Virus record (IMG/VR): IMGVR_UViG_3300010938_000950
Span: 145,767-209,766 of that record
Reading direction: 5' to 3' (one strand)
DNA length: 64,000 nt
Shown here: piece by piece, positions 39,343 through 51,402 of the stretch
Layout: every line of letters begins with the position of its first letter
How positions within the stretch are numbered: the stretch's first letter is position 1
The notes under the pieces: generated by a model
What the model was told of the DNA's origin: nothing
The model's input: the letters and a program-made list of their open reading frames with translations, nothing else
Databases searched by the model: none
Position numbers and translations under genes: made by a program

Positions 39343-39594
39343 TTGATTTCTAATCTACTACAATGAGTAGCAAAATACTTACCCAAAAAGTCATTACCAC
39401 TTTTGTTAGTGGAGGGATAGAAACTCGTGTTGATGGATATGTTGTGTCCATAGAATATAACACGGGTGATATTGTTACCTTCAAACAAGTAAATGGTAAA
39501 AACGTAGTAACATCACTTCGTACTCATGATGGCATCCAATGGGTAGAAGGAATGCGAAAGATCGCTTTTCCTACCTGGAAATACTAAATACATA

Positions 39595-40110
39595 ATGTTC
39601 ATCTACGGATTCTGGTTCTACGAAGAGTTGGCTGAAAAGGTTGGGGTTGGTCCCGGCAAACACCGAGGGGACAAGGTCGATAGCTACATTCAACTGGAAG
39701 ACGTTCGTGGAAACATCTTCGATGTCAAGGTATCCAGCCTTCGGCTTGAGTTGTTTCGACAGAATCCAAAGTGCGTGAGCTGCCATCGAATCGGAAGCTT
39801 GTGGATTCTGGAAGCCCATCATCGCAAAGAACCTCCCCATCTCAATCTTTACCATGTTGGTGAAGAGGAATGTGGGGAATGGAAAAATCTCTGCAAAGAT
39901 GGGCTAGTCATGATGACCAAGGATCACATCATTCCTCGGTCAAAAGGCGGCCCCACAAGTCTGGATAACCTTCAGACTATGTGTGCCATCTGTAATGGCA
40001 AGAAAGGCAACCAGCTTTTCCATCAAGCAAATCGCTTGAAGAAGGCGCCCGATCCTCTGCTGCCTTTTGGCAGCATGCAAAACATCAACGGCAAGGTACA
40101 ATTCCTATAA
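39595..40110 (+). CDS. HNH endonuclease
   Basis: CVSC...MTKDHIIPRSKGG...DNLQTMCAICNGKKGN. Confidence 0.9.
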   Translation: MFIYGFWFYEELAEKVGVGPGKHRGDKVDSYIQLEDVRGNIFDVKVSSLRLELFRQNPKCVSCHRIGSLWILEAHHRKEPPHLNLYHVGEEECGEWKNLCKDGLVMMTKDHIIPRSKGGPTSLDNLQTMCAICNGKKGNQLFHQANRLKKAPDPLLPFGSMQNINGKVQFL

Positions 40111-40121
40111 GGTAACGTGTC

Positions 40122-41539
40122 ATGGAAGTCTGGATTCTGGAGTGGTCATACCCATATGATAGTGATAACAACATCACAGTATGGGCTAGTGAGCAAGAAG
40201 CTCAGAAGCAGGCTATCAAAGAAATCCAAGACCTGATCACTAATGATTGGGATATGGATGATGTTGATGCGGCGGCATGCGCTGATGATATTGATGACAT
40301 GGTGTCTCGTGGGCATTATGCCGAAGCCATCCGTCGCTTCAATGACTATCAGGACGAATACAATTCTGACTATGCTCAGTATTGGTTCGTCGTTAGGAAG
40401 GATGTACTTGGTGGCAATACCAGTACCATGACGTCTACCAGTAGAAACTATAGTAGTTCTTCTGGCGCGACATGCCGTGGACCCTGTAAGCAGCATAATG
40501 ATTACGCCAATCCTGATAGGTCAGATGGCACTTATGTTTGCCATCAATGCAAAACCTTCGGTCATATCTTTGGGACATCTCCATGAGCGACGATGACGAT
40601 AAGTTCTGCGAGGTAGATTGCTGCTCATGCGGTATTACCTTCAAGTTCTCCAAAAAGATCGAGGAGATGTGGAGAAAGTCTGAAAAGACTTTTTACTGTC
40701 CCAATGGTCATTCTTTGGTTTGGACTAAGCCAAAAGAAACAAACGAAGAAAAAGAGCTGAAAAAGCTCCGGGCGGAAGTCAAGGAGCTAAAGGAAAAGCT
40801 GGCCGCGTCTGAAAAGAAAGCGGAGGCTGAAAAGAAACGGGCCGATGAACTAGCTAACGAGTTGGAAATCTGGAGGCCCTCAACCGACGACAAGAAAGCT
40901 GGGTAATATGGCTACCAAATTCGTACTGGAAATCGAGCTGGGCAATGATGCTATGAAGCTTCCCACCCATGTGGCAGAAGCGGTAGCGGCTGCTGCTAAG
41001 CAGATTCCCCATGTCATTGCTCTCAAGGGTTCATCGATCAAGATCAAGGATGCCAACGGAAATACCGTTGGCACTTGGGGTTACAAGTGAGAGAAATCGA
41101 ATTCACCTGGAAAGGTAAGAAGTATAATGTCAGCAAGAAAGCTGAGCACATTGTGCTTCCCAATCGTACTGTCATCAAACCCAAGTGGTTTCGAGATCCT
41201 CCAGGCTTCGTGGCGGCTGATGAAGTGGCCCACCATCTTCAGCATGCGCCTCTTGGTGAAATTGCAGAGCATGTGGGAAATGCAACCTTTGCTCGGCCCG
41301 TAGAGTAAGCTATGTTTCGTCTTCGTAAGAAGTCGCCGGAGCTTCTCAACTTCGACTGGCAATCGGTACTGGACCAGCTCAATAAGTGCGATCCCAATGA
41401 TGGGTGTTTCTTTATGATCACCTTGAATAAGGGAACTGAAGATGAGTATCGTACTCGCTTCATGTCTTATACAGAGACTCTGGAACTGGTCATGCTGGCC
41501 TTGGAAAAGAAGAAGTTGCGGATTCCGTCCACACTGTAG
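40122..41539 (+). other. Hypothetical ORFs 40122..40586, 40583..40906, 40908..41090 and 41312..41539
   Basis: Packed + strand ORFs, two with zinc-ribbon motifs. Confidence 0.65.
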
Positions 41540-41614
41540 CCGAGCATAGCTCGGATCACAAAGTGCTAATTTCCTCCCATTCACAGGATTCCCGTTCGGG
41601 AATGCGGTCATCGC

Positions 41615-42028
41615 ATGAAAAAACTTGCCGGCCCCATTGATGTAGGTTTTATCAACCGCACATTCTTCCCTGGATATCTGGATGTTTCCGTTATCAATAT
41701 GGGAGAATGCTTTCTCTGGGCCTACATCGCTTTCCATCTCTACGATAATCTAGAACTTTGCGACATGGGTGCGCATGCCTTCGTGCGCTCCAAACTGGAC
41801 AATAAATTCTACGATTCAGAGAGACCCCAAGGCGAGGAAGACTGGAAGGACTTGCCCGCCACCAACTTTGGGGAGGGGTGTGGGTGTAATATCTGTACCC
41901 AGGGTATCAGAAAATATAAGGATATCAAAAAGTTCCAACATACCTGGCGTGGCATGACCAAGAAACATAATGTCAACTGGTCAAAAGTAGATGCCAAGAT
42001 TAGGAAAGTAATCGAGGCAAACACATGA
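41615..42028 (+). CDS. Putative papain/transglutaminase-like Cys enzyme, paralogue of 27791..28267
   Basis: INMGECFLWAY...HAFV...FYDSERPQG. Confidence 0.55.
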   Translation: MKKLAGPIDVGFINRTFFPGYLDVSVINMGECFLWAYIAFHLYDNLELCDMGAHAFVRSKLDNKFYDSERPQGEEDWKDLPATNFGEGCGCNICTQGIRKYKDIKKFQHTWRGMTKKHNVNWSKVDAKIRKVIEANT

Positions 42029-42745
42029 AAGCTTCTTGGGCTACAATTTCTTTAGGATTGGACCAGCTTTGGTTCACTCCTTTTGCGGAAGATGAAACTC
42101 CACAAGACCGAGCAGATGCGACTGAAAACTTTCTCAAAGCCAATGGCTGGACTTGGGATGAAGTTTTGAATGAAATTTCAAAGGAACCTTTCAATGGATC
42201 AGAACCAGTTCGTCACTGAGCTTGCCAAGCTCCGTCCAGGCTCTACCTTCTTGGCGGTCAAGGGGTATCGTAATGAGTCCAGTGAGATTGCCGATTACAG
42301 CATCGCATTTCACTTCTCCTATCAGAAGGCCCTCGAAAAGAGCATGGACATTCTGATTGGCTTGGATCTTCAGACGGACCTGGAAAAGCAAGCACGGGCA
42401 GAATTGCTCGATAGCTTCGCTCGCTCTTTGGCAAAGGGAGCTAGTTCTCCTGAGTTGGAAGAGCGAGACCCTGTGTTCTCCTACTTCAAGGATGACAACG
42501 GAAACTACGTCAAGGGTGTCAAGCTACATGAGCCTACCAATACACTCCATCTATATGGATTGGTGGTTCACAAGAAGGTTCTTCTGCCTGGTCTGTATCT
42601 TCAAAAGACTAGGCGTCCACTGACAATCGCCAAGGACAAGCTACGGTATCTAACGCCGGTTGGCAAGTTCCGCTCTTTCAAGATGTTGCCGTCTCAGGTC
42701 GAAAGCATCTCAGTCCAGAACATCTCTCTTCTTCCCCCGGAGTAA
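42025..42745 (+). other. Hypothetical ORFs 42025..42219 (paralogue of 43591..43824) and 42194..42745
   Basis: Shared ET..Q....E.F....GWT.EE.L pattern between the two small paralogues. Confidence 0.6.
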
Positions 42746-42748
42746 ATC

Positions 42749-43096
42749 ATGTTGGATCTTTTGCGGGTGGCCGCAGAAGTTGCCGATCTGTCAACCGACA
42801 AATATAGAAAGGCTTTTATCGGAGCCGTATCTGTTCGTAAGGATGGCACGTTGGTTTACAGTCGAAACGGTGGAAACCCAAACTCGCATGGCAAAATGCC
42901 ATCGGTGCATGCAGAAGCGCGTGTGCTTAGGAAAAGCGGATATGGAGCAACTGTTTATGTTGCTCGTGTCTTGCGGAACGGAGAGTTTGCAATGGCAAAG
43001 CCTTGTGGACATTGCCGTGCCATCCTTCGAGCCCATAAAGTAGAGATGGTTTATTATACTACCGGACCAAACTCCTGGGAAGGTTTTAGACCGTGA
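42749..43096 (+). CDS. Zn-dependent cytidine/dCMP deaminase-family protein
   Basis: HAEARVL...KPCGHC. Confidence 0.88.
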   Translation: MLDLLRVAAEVADLSTDKYRKAFIGAVSVRKDGTLVYSRNGGNPNSHGKMPSVHAEARVLRKSGYGATVYVARVLRNGEFAMAKPCGHCRAILRAHKVEMVYYTTGPNSWEGFRP

Positions 43097-46000
43097 ATCT
43101 TTACACAGGCGAAAGTGTTCGACAATCTCTAGCTCCCAAATGGGATGAGTATCTCGTCAAGCTTACGACGGGACAACCTCCTAATTGGAAATGCGATCAG
43201 CGTACAAAGGAAAACTTCTGTCTTAGTCAATGGTTGATGGAAGAGTTGATTGCACAAGGCTGTCCACAAGAAGACAGAATTTTTGTGCAGAACTATTTCA
43301 ACAGAAAAGCCAGAGCAGAGAACGACTTGTATGAGCTGGCCGCCCGAGCCATGAACACTTTCCTAGAAGGAAATATAGAAAGGTACAGAGGAAGATGAGT
43401 AGGCAGGTGAGGTTATATTGTTGGCTCGCGCTGATTACATCAGTGTGTTCCGTTGCTTTCGCTTTCTACGAAAGGGATGTAGCCTTCAAGGAATCTCACA
43501 TGAGTGGACTACTCTATTTCCAAAATACCGATCTCAAATACCGTGTCAATGAATTGGAAACAAAGCTCAACGATGCCCAGCGACAAGCAGATGAGTGCAA
43601 AAGCAAACGATAAACTTCGGGTTCCGTACGAGGTGATGGCGGTCGAGGTTGACAAGATGTACCCGCCACATTACGTTCTCAAGCCTGGAGAAACCATTGA
43701 GCAGCACTTGATGGACATCGAAACATTCATCGAATCGTGTGGATGGACCACCGAGGAATACTTGGAGGAGTACATCCATCGTTCTTTGAAGGAGCTTTTC
43801 CCTGACAATAGGGAGATGAACTAACATGGACTTCTCAGACGTCAAAGAGTTTCTCACATCATGGGGTCTTCATTTCGATACTCCTAACGGGGACTCGAAC
43901 GACATTCCATATCCGCAAGTGTACGAGCGTATGCGTGCGGATGCGGGTGATGTTGGAGGAGACAAACTTCAAAAGTTTGTTTCGTCCATTACCGATACGA
44001 CAGATGGTCGCACCTATCTCAAACCCTTTTCTTGGGAAGAGGTAGAGGAAGCTTGGGATTCTCTAGAGTCTCCAGAACAAAAGCGTTCTAAGAATCATCC
44101 TCTTCAATTCGAATACTGTGAGTGCGGCTGTCACTGCCACACTGCAATGTCAAAAGGGGTTGATTATTCCATTTACAACGATCTGGAATCGAAGCTCCCA
44201 TTCACGGTGCGCCGGGGCCATAGCTGGATGGGCATTCAAATCGGCCCCAAGTATGCTACATGGGACGAGGCAGTCAAGGCAGCCCAGGATGATTGGGATA
44301 AAATTCCATGAGTGATAAGTCTACTTCAAAGAAGACTAAGAAAGAACTCATAGAAGAGAACGAAGCTTTGAAGGCAGAGATCGTTTCTCTGAAACAAAAG
44401 ATCAGCAGCCTCGAAAGTGAAGTATATTCTAGACTCACTGATAGGGAGTTAGTTGGATCTGGCTGGTAAACAAACCTGAATCGCAAACGCGAGTGCAAAG
44501 GAACAGGAAATAATGGCAAGCAAGAAGAAGCAGAAGAGTGAACAGACCGAAACGACCGAGCCGGTGGAGACCAAGAAGGCAGAGCCCGAGGCTCCGTCCC
44601 GAGGTGATCGTGGAGAGGTTGGTGTTGCTACGGCAGCGCTGAAGATTCGCCAGCTCTGGCATGAGACTCACTTCACCCGCAAGGATGTGGGTGACAAGAA
44701 CAACCCCGTCAAGCGTATCTGGGTTCCCAACCATGGGACTCCCTCGCTCAAGAGGTTTGCTCGTGAGCTGGCCAAGTCTGGCAATCAAGTCGCCAAGGAC
44801 TGGTTCGCCAACAAGAAGGGCGCCAAGAACCAGAAGCGTTCGGAGAAGAACGTGGCCCGTATCAACCTGGAGAAGCAGGCCAGCAAGGCTGCTCGTCGTA
44901 AGAAGAGCCAGGGCAAGGGCGGTGGTGGAGCCAAGACCGAAGCCGCTACGGCAGCAAAGTGATGTGATGCCATGGAAATCATTGCATCACTCATCAAAGA
45001 GTTTCCTTTCGGCAGTTTCATCATCATTCTTGCTGCCCTGTGGGCATTCGAAAGAATGGTAACTTCTTTCATCAATCGCAACAAACCTATCGTTCAATGC
45101 GACTGTAATTGTTGTGAGGAGGAGGAAGAGGACTGCTGCGAAGAAGACGAAGAGGACGAAGACTAGAACTAAGGGCGAAAGCCCGAAGCGGATCTCATAC
45201 GCCTGGCGGTATGAGGCCGGACATGAACAGCCGGGTGCTACCCAAGCCTCAGGTAAGGTGGGATGGGCCAAGACCTAATTTATATAAGTCAACCTTCCAA
45301 GCGTAGCCGTGTGCGCCTGAGATTACGGCAAAAAGTCCTGGGGGAAATATGGCAGAGGGGAAACCCGTAGAAGCCTAAGTACCCCAGGCATCTATTAGGA
45401 ATCAGAAACCAACAATAGGGTGGTACCCAGCCGAAAGGTGCGTTGTTGGGCGGCGTAAAAGCTGGCTTCGCCTCTAGGTTCAAGCCCTAGTGATTCCACT
45501 TCACAAACCAACAACACTCTAACAAAGGAATATAAATGTCTAATCTTTCGTATGGTCCGATCTACATGCCTGGTGATGCCGTCTACTACACTGGAGAGAA
45601 GCACAAGCAGGAGCTTTCCAATAAGGAAGGCAAGCCCTACAAGGGCTGGATTCATGCGGCAGTGAATGGACAGCCTGGTACGTTCGTGGTTTGGTTCCCG
45701 GACACCAAGGAGTCTGATTCCTATGTGCTGCATGCCAGCCTTCTGACCAAGGCTCGTCCTCCCAAGGTGGAGCGTGGTCGTGAGGGTCCGGTGGTCGAGC
45801 ACATGCCTTCTCGTAGGCGGAAGTCCGAAGACGAGTGATAGCGTCATGCTTGGATGGATGATCGGCTGGGCGTGGTGGATAACTTGGAGACTGGCTGTTT
45901 CACTGGTCTGTCTTCTAACTATCCAGCACGCCATCCACCAAGAAGGTTATCGAGTTGAGTTTTCAACTCTGTTGATAACTGGCGCTTGCGCAATTTTGGG

Positions 46001-49000
46001 TGTTCGGATCTGGATGCCCTTCACCAAAGAAAAGAGTCTGAGTAATGAAGATCGATGATGTCTTCAAGGAAGCATCCCGTGGCTGTCAGGTTCCTGGCTG
46101 TACTCACAAGCATGGTGAGATTGTTCTCACTTCTGTTTGCCACCCAGGTGCAGGCATGCGCGTGTCTGTGGATGCAGGTCGTGGTGTGATGTCGATTGCG
46201 TGCGAGGTCTGTCAGAAAGCAGTCCTTGTCATCAATCACACGATGAGTAACTGAAACGCAGCATAGCTGCTCAACAAAGGAAAACGAATGTATCGTTGTG
46301 AAATCACTGGCAAGCTGAGTCGTCGTGGTGGCCCTGGGCCTACGGATAAGGATGGGTATCCCACCCAGATTCCGGGCGAGAAGCTCAACCGGATTGTGGT
46401 GAAGACCCGTGAAAGGATTTACACCAAGCGAGTCAAGAACGAAGAGACCAAGCAATGGGAAGAGGTCGAGATCGGCCGAGGCTGGGAAATCGTTCGTGAG
46501 ATCAATGCGAGTGATGAGGGCCTGGCTCTCTGGGAGTCTTGGACTCCAGAAGAGCGTGAGGCATTCGTCGATAACTTGGATCACTGATCATGGACATCAC
46601 GAGTGAGGATGTCCATACTTGGATCATGAGCAAGGCAGATGATTCTGACTTGCGCCTGCTTCAAGAGGTCATTGCCCTCAAGCTTCGTCTCCAATTCAAA
46701 GTTGGAGATAAAGTCAAATTCGATGCCAAGACACGAGGTATCATTCATGGTACTATTACCAAGATGAATGCCAAGTCCGTCAAGGTTCAAACCGACACGG
46801 GTGTTACGTGGAACGTATCACCTGCGTTTCTACAAAAACCGTAACACAAAACAATTCAACAAGGAAAAAGAAAATGGCAATGACACGTGAACAGGTTCTG
46901 GCGGAGATGGAAGCCAGCTACGAGCAGATGACAGTCGAGCAGCGTGATGAGGTGCTCTTCAACGAGCGCGGTCAGGACTGGACGCCGACCCTTCTCTTGC
47001 AGGAGGTTCGCAACGACACGGAGTACGGCAAGCTCTATGTCGAGAGCTGGGGTCGTAAGAAGGAGGAGGATGCTTTCCTCCTGGATCTTCTCTCCGCTCT
47101 TCTCGGGGGCCAGGATGGTGATGGCCTGATGACCTGTGGTGATCCGGACTGTCCGAATTGCCATGGTGAGGTTCGCCCCTTCGGTGCGCTCCCTGGTACG
47201 GGCACGGACGGTGATCCCACGATTCACTGAGTCGTGAAAGAGTTTCCGGCTTCTCTTTAAAAAGCCGGTGGAGCGGGACTATAAGTTTGGATGGACACCA
47301 CTAAATAGTCTTCTGCGGTGTCGGTCATGAGGCGTATAGGTGCAGGAGTGCAGATGGGGCCGTCATGACACAAATTTCGAGAGAGGAATAGATCATGATT
47401 GTTTACCCTGGAATGTTGGCGGCTGCGGCAGAACAAGCTGGAATGAAAGTTCCACCGGATCCAGATGGTGATTGGAACAAGGACGAGTTTCCTCACTTCA
47501 ACATCTTCTGTTTGGTACAACTCGCCCGCCCCATTAGGTGGGGTGAGCATTGGGAAAATGCCAAGGTGGTGGCATCTATTCCTGATGATAAGTTGGATAC
47601 TGTTACACTACAGGATCTAATTGAAGCTGGCCTGGAATTCCACACATGAACTGGCTGCTTCGTTTGTTTGGGCTCGGGAAGAAGGAGTTGCCACCGGCTC
47701 CCATTCACGACGATTCGCCACTCGTACAGGCAGCTACGACTCTTGATGACATCTTCTTGGAAGCAATCCAAGAGTCTCATGAAGAGATTTACAAGCTGGA
47801 ATACGAATTGCTGAATGATGCCAAGTTGCGCTCTTACATCAAAGCAGCAGTAAAGATCATGCACGCTGGAGTCAATAAAGACTCCTATGATTTCATTCTC
47901 ATTCATCCGCATGAATGTGGTCTTGACTCAAAAGTCTGGCCGGTCTTTGCACAAATTCTGATCAGACTCTGTCAGAGCATTGGACTTCCTGCTACCGATG
48001 AAGGCCCTTACCTCAAGGTAATGAAAAAGGATGTAGCCAAAGCTTTCGGGGCTTTGAAGAAACAAATCGTTGACATCGACGAGCGTACTCGCGCGATGCT
48101 AAGCACAGGAATCTACCGCTAATGGCACTCAAGAAAGTCGGCAAGGATGAAATGGTCGTCAAGCAAGATGACTTTGGATTCCTTGTGGAATACTTTGTCA
48201 GAGGTATTCTAAGATACAATCCATACGTACCTGACGGTGACTATGGTACGGACACCAAACTCCGTAAATGGTGGCCGATGCTGGAAGAATGGTACCAAAG
48301 ACACATTCAAACGGACATCGAGGTTGCTATTGAGCTGGATAAATATCCAGCTCCTGCACATAGCGACCGGAAGCCGCTGCAAAACAAAGAGCTATGGCAG
48401 AAGTTTATTAAAGACTTCCGGCCTCCGAAGGCTCCATTTACGGTCGATTACCATTGCCACAAATGCAAAGCCCGCAATGTCAAACTTTGGCGCGAGTATA
48501 ATACTTGTGCTGATTATACTGACTTGCTTTGCGCCTCATGTCTAGCTCCTGGTGAGGAGGTAGATGAAGAGGGACGGTGGCAAGAACCTCCCTATAAAGC
48601 TAAGGATGCATATGGGAATCAAATTCCGGGTATGCACACTGACCAAGTGAAGGGGATGGTTCCAGCAGTACCAGTCGGTGATACCTATTGGGGGTACACC
48701 AGTGTTCCATCACAAGACTTGGAGTGGTGGAAAGGTCTGCCGACCTATCCACCAAAGTGACGCACATGGATGCGCGTGAACAGACACTTCTCGATAACTT
48801 GAAAGAAGCAAATACAGACTTGCAATATGCAAGGGCAGCTTTTTCTGAGGCCAGAAAGAAGCTTACCGAAGCTGAATCGAATGTTATCAACGCTAAACTG
48901 CGAGTGGAAAAGCTTACAGAAGAGTTGAGAATTATTCGTATGCAAAAGGTAGTACCAGGGCAGCATTATAGCCTGTTCGATGATGAGGGCTAAGATATGA

Positions 49001-50712
49001 GTAAGTCAGATCATATTACGGCCCTCTTCATAGGAAGTCTCTTTTATTATTATAAAGGAGATAAGCAGCTTGCCATGATGCTTCTGGATACGGCTGTTGA
49101 TATTCATAAGAACTACCCTTTCAAACTCGTAGGTCAAGCATAATGGACGCGCTGGTTTATACTCAAGATACAGCTCCAGATGGAACTGGTTTCAATGATC
49201 CCCCTGTAAATCTCAAAGAGATTTCAGAGGAGGAATTTGCCAAGAGCCAATTCCATAACTACTCTTTCTCCTACGTAGAGTATCGTCAGATGCATCTAAA
49301 AGATGATCTGACTAGGGCTCATGGTGGTGGCAAAGTTGTTTCAGCCAAACTCTTTTGGTTCTCGGATGATACTGGCGTTGCCATCAGCGCAGACTATTGG
49401 AAGGGTAAGGTGCGTTACTTCTCCTTTGGATGCAATCACGATGTAGCTACCAAGGAGTTTGCTCCTGGATGTGGTTGTCATTGTAAGAAGTGCAATACCA
49501 ATGTATACCAGCCTTGGATGGATCTTATCGTAGAAGATTCTGGTTGGAAGATGAATGAGTTTTCCAGTCGCCCATCTCGTGGCATCAGGGACTATGATCG
49601 CTTCATCAAATTCAGTCGTGAACTAACTGATGATGAGCTGAAGGCAGTTCGTAAGTTTCTAGCGAAAGTCAATTGCCCTGGTTGGACTGGTGTTGGTACC
49701 AGAAACGGAGGAGAGCTTCATCCTCATAGGTATCAATTTTCTACTACCCATGACTCTTCGGACTAAACAATGAGATATCTGGGCACATACTTCAGCACGT
49801 ATCCCTGGCATTCCATCAATGTCATTCCCAATATTGGATTGGTTATGACTTATAATGATGAAGAAATTCCAGTCAGATATGGAAGTATGTTGGAGGTGAC
49901 ATTGTTCGGTCAAGTATTCCACCTGCATCTTCCACTCAAGCTCAAACGTAGTTGGTCCATGCCGTTATACGGCCCTCTATGGAGTAGACGTAGGAAGGTA
50001 TGGTACACCGTTCCAATGGATGAATTAAAATAAAAAATTCATTCGGGATTGACGGCTAATTGTTTCGGTTTACAATTAGCCGAAATTTTCAAAGGAAACT
50101 CAAATGATTCTTCTGATTCTGGTTGTGTTGTTTGCCCTGTTCGTTCTGGAATGTATCCTGACCGAGACAGAGAATTTTGGATGGGCCACTATCACTCTGC
50201 TTGCGTGTGGAGTTGCTAGCGTAGTATTGGGACGATGGTTCCACATCTATAGCATTGCTGACTTCATCCGAGACCACGGGGCATTCACGCTTGTGTATGC
50301 GTGTGTGTATATTGGTATTGGAATTCTCTGGTCATTCGTCAAGTGGTTCAGCTATCTGATGAGTTTCCGTGATACCTTCCGAGAAATGAAGGAAGGTTTC
50401 TTGAAGGAAAGAAACCTGGATCCGACCGATCAAGTACCGGAAAATCTTCGTGGTTCCTTCAAGGATTACGTTCGCAACCATGTTGGCTGGAGCAACAAAC
50501 ACCGCACCCAGCTTTGGGATCTGGAGCGTCCACGCGCATCCAAGAACAAGGGGCGCATCACCGCTTGGGCAAGCTTCTGGCCCTTCTCATTCGTGGGAAC
50601 ACTTCTGAATGATCCTGTTCGTCGGCTCTTCAACTTCCTCTTCAAGTGGTTCAAGGAGCTTTATCAAAAGCTTTCTGATCATCTCTTCCGCAAGGATGTG
50701 GAGTTGCAGTGA
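43093..50712 (+). other. Run of hypothetical ORFs including 43826..44311, 44513..44962 (basic), 45536..45838, 46288..46587, 46590..46844 (SH3/KOW-like), 46874..47230, 47646..48122, 48122..48760, 49143..49766 and 50104..50712 (membrane)
   Basis: Contiguous + strand ORFs. Confidence 0.7.
50051..50090 (+). terminator. Possible terminator or processing hairpin
   Basis: CGGCTAATTGT/ACAATTAGCCG 11-bp inverted repeat followed by AAATTTT, intergenic. Confidence 0.45.
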
Positions 50713-50910
50713 CAACGATAGAAAAGGTAGACTATCTCCTAACGATCGTTGACATTATTCTATGTCTGATCGATATGGGATTGATAGTCTACCTTTTCTT
50801 CTACCGATTCCCGCCCGAGAAAAAGAAGAACAAGTTCGATAAGTTTGGATACTACCGTAGACGAGGAAGGGTATTCACAACATCTAGGCGTCGATGATAT
50901 ATTATGGTGC

Positions 50911-51402
50911 ATGCCATATAAAAACATTGAAGACCGTCGAGAATGCCTTCGTAAATATCGTAATGAGAACCGCGAGAAGATACGTGAACAAACACGTAAA
51001 CAATCCTTAGCTTGGCAAAAGGCGCATCCTGAAGCCGGGCAAAAATGGAAAGAAGAAAACGCCGAGAAAATCAAAAAGATTGGTCGCAAATCCAATCTCA
51101 AAAAAGTTGGCTGGACAATAGAGGAATTCGATTCAGCGTTTGAAAAACAAAAACAATCCTGTTGGATATGTGGCGTTGAACTTACCAAAGAGAAGGGTTT
51201 TGGTAATACTGCCCATGCAGATCATAATCATACAACGGGTAAAAAGCGTGGTATTCTTTGCACTAAGTGCAATCTAATAGAAGGGCACATGAATAAATGT
51301 GCGATACCACCAAAAGAATTTCTCGAAAAACTTTTAGAATACTATAAGGTATTCGATACGGAAGGTAATCAAGATGAACTTCATGGCATGGCCGGAGATT
51401 GA
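50911..51402 (+). CDS. Free-standing endonuclease VII-like homing endonuclease
   Basis: QKQSCWICG...HADHNHTTGKKRGILCTKCNLIEG; basic N-terminal region; overlaps the RNA ligase start. Confidence 0.85.
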   Translation: MPYKNIEDRRECLRKYRNENREKIREQTRKQSLAWQKAHPEAGQKWKEENAEKIKKIGRKSNLKKVGWTIEEFDSAFEKQKQSCWICGVELTKEKGFGNTAHADHNHTTGKKRGILCTKCNLIEGHMNKCAIPPKEFLEKLLEYYKVFDTEGNQDELHGMAGD

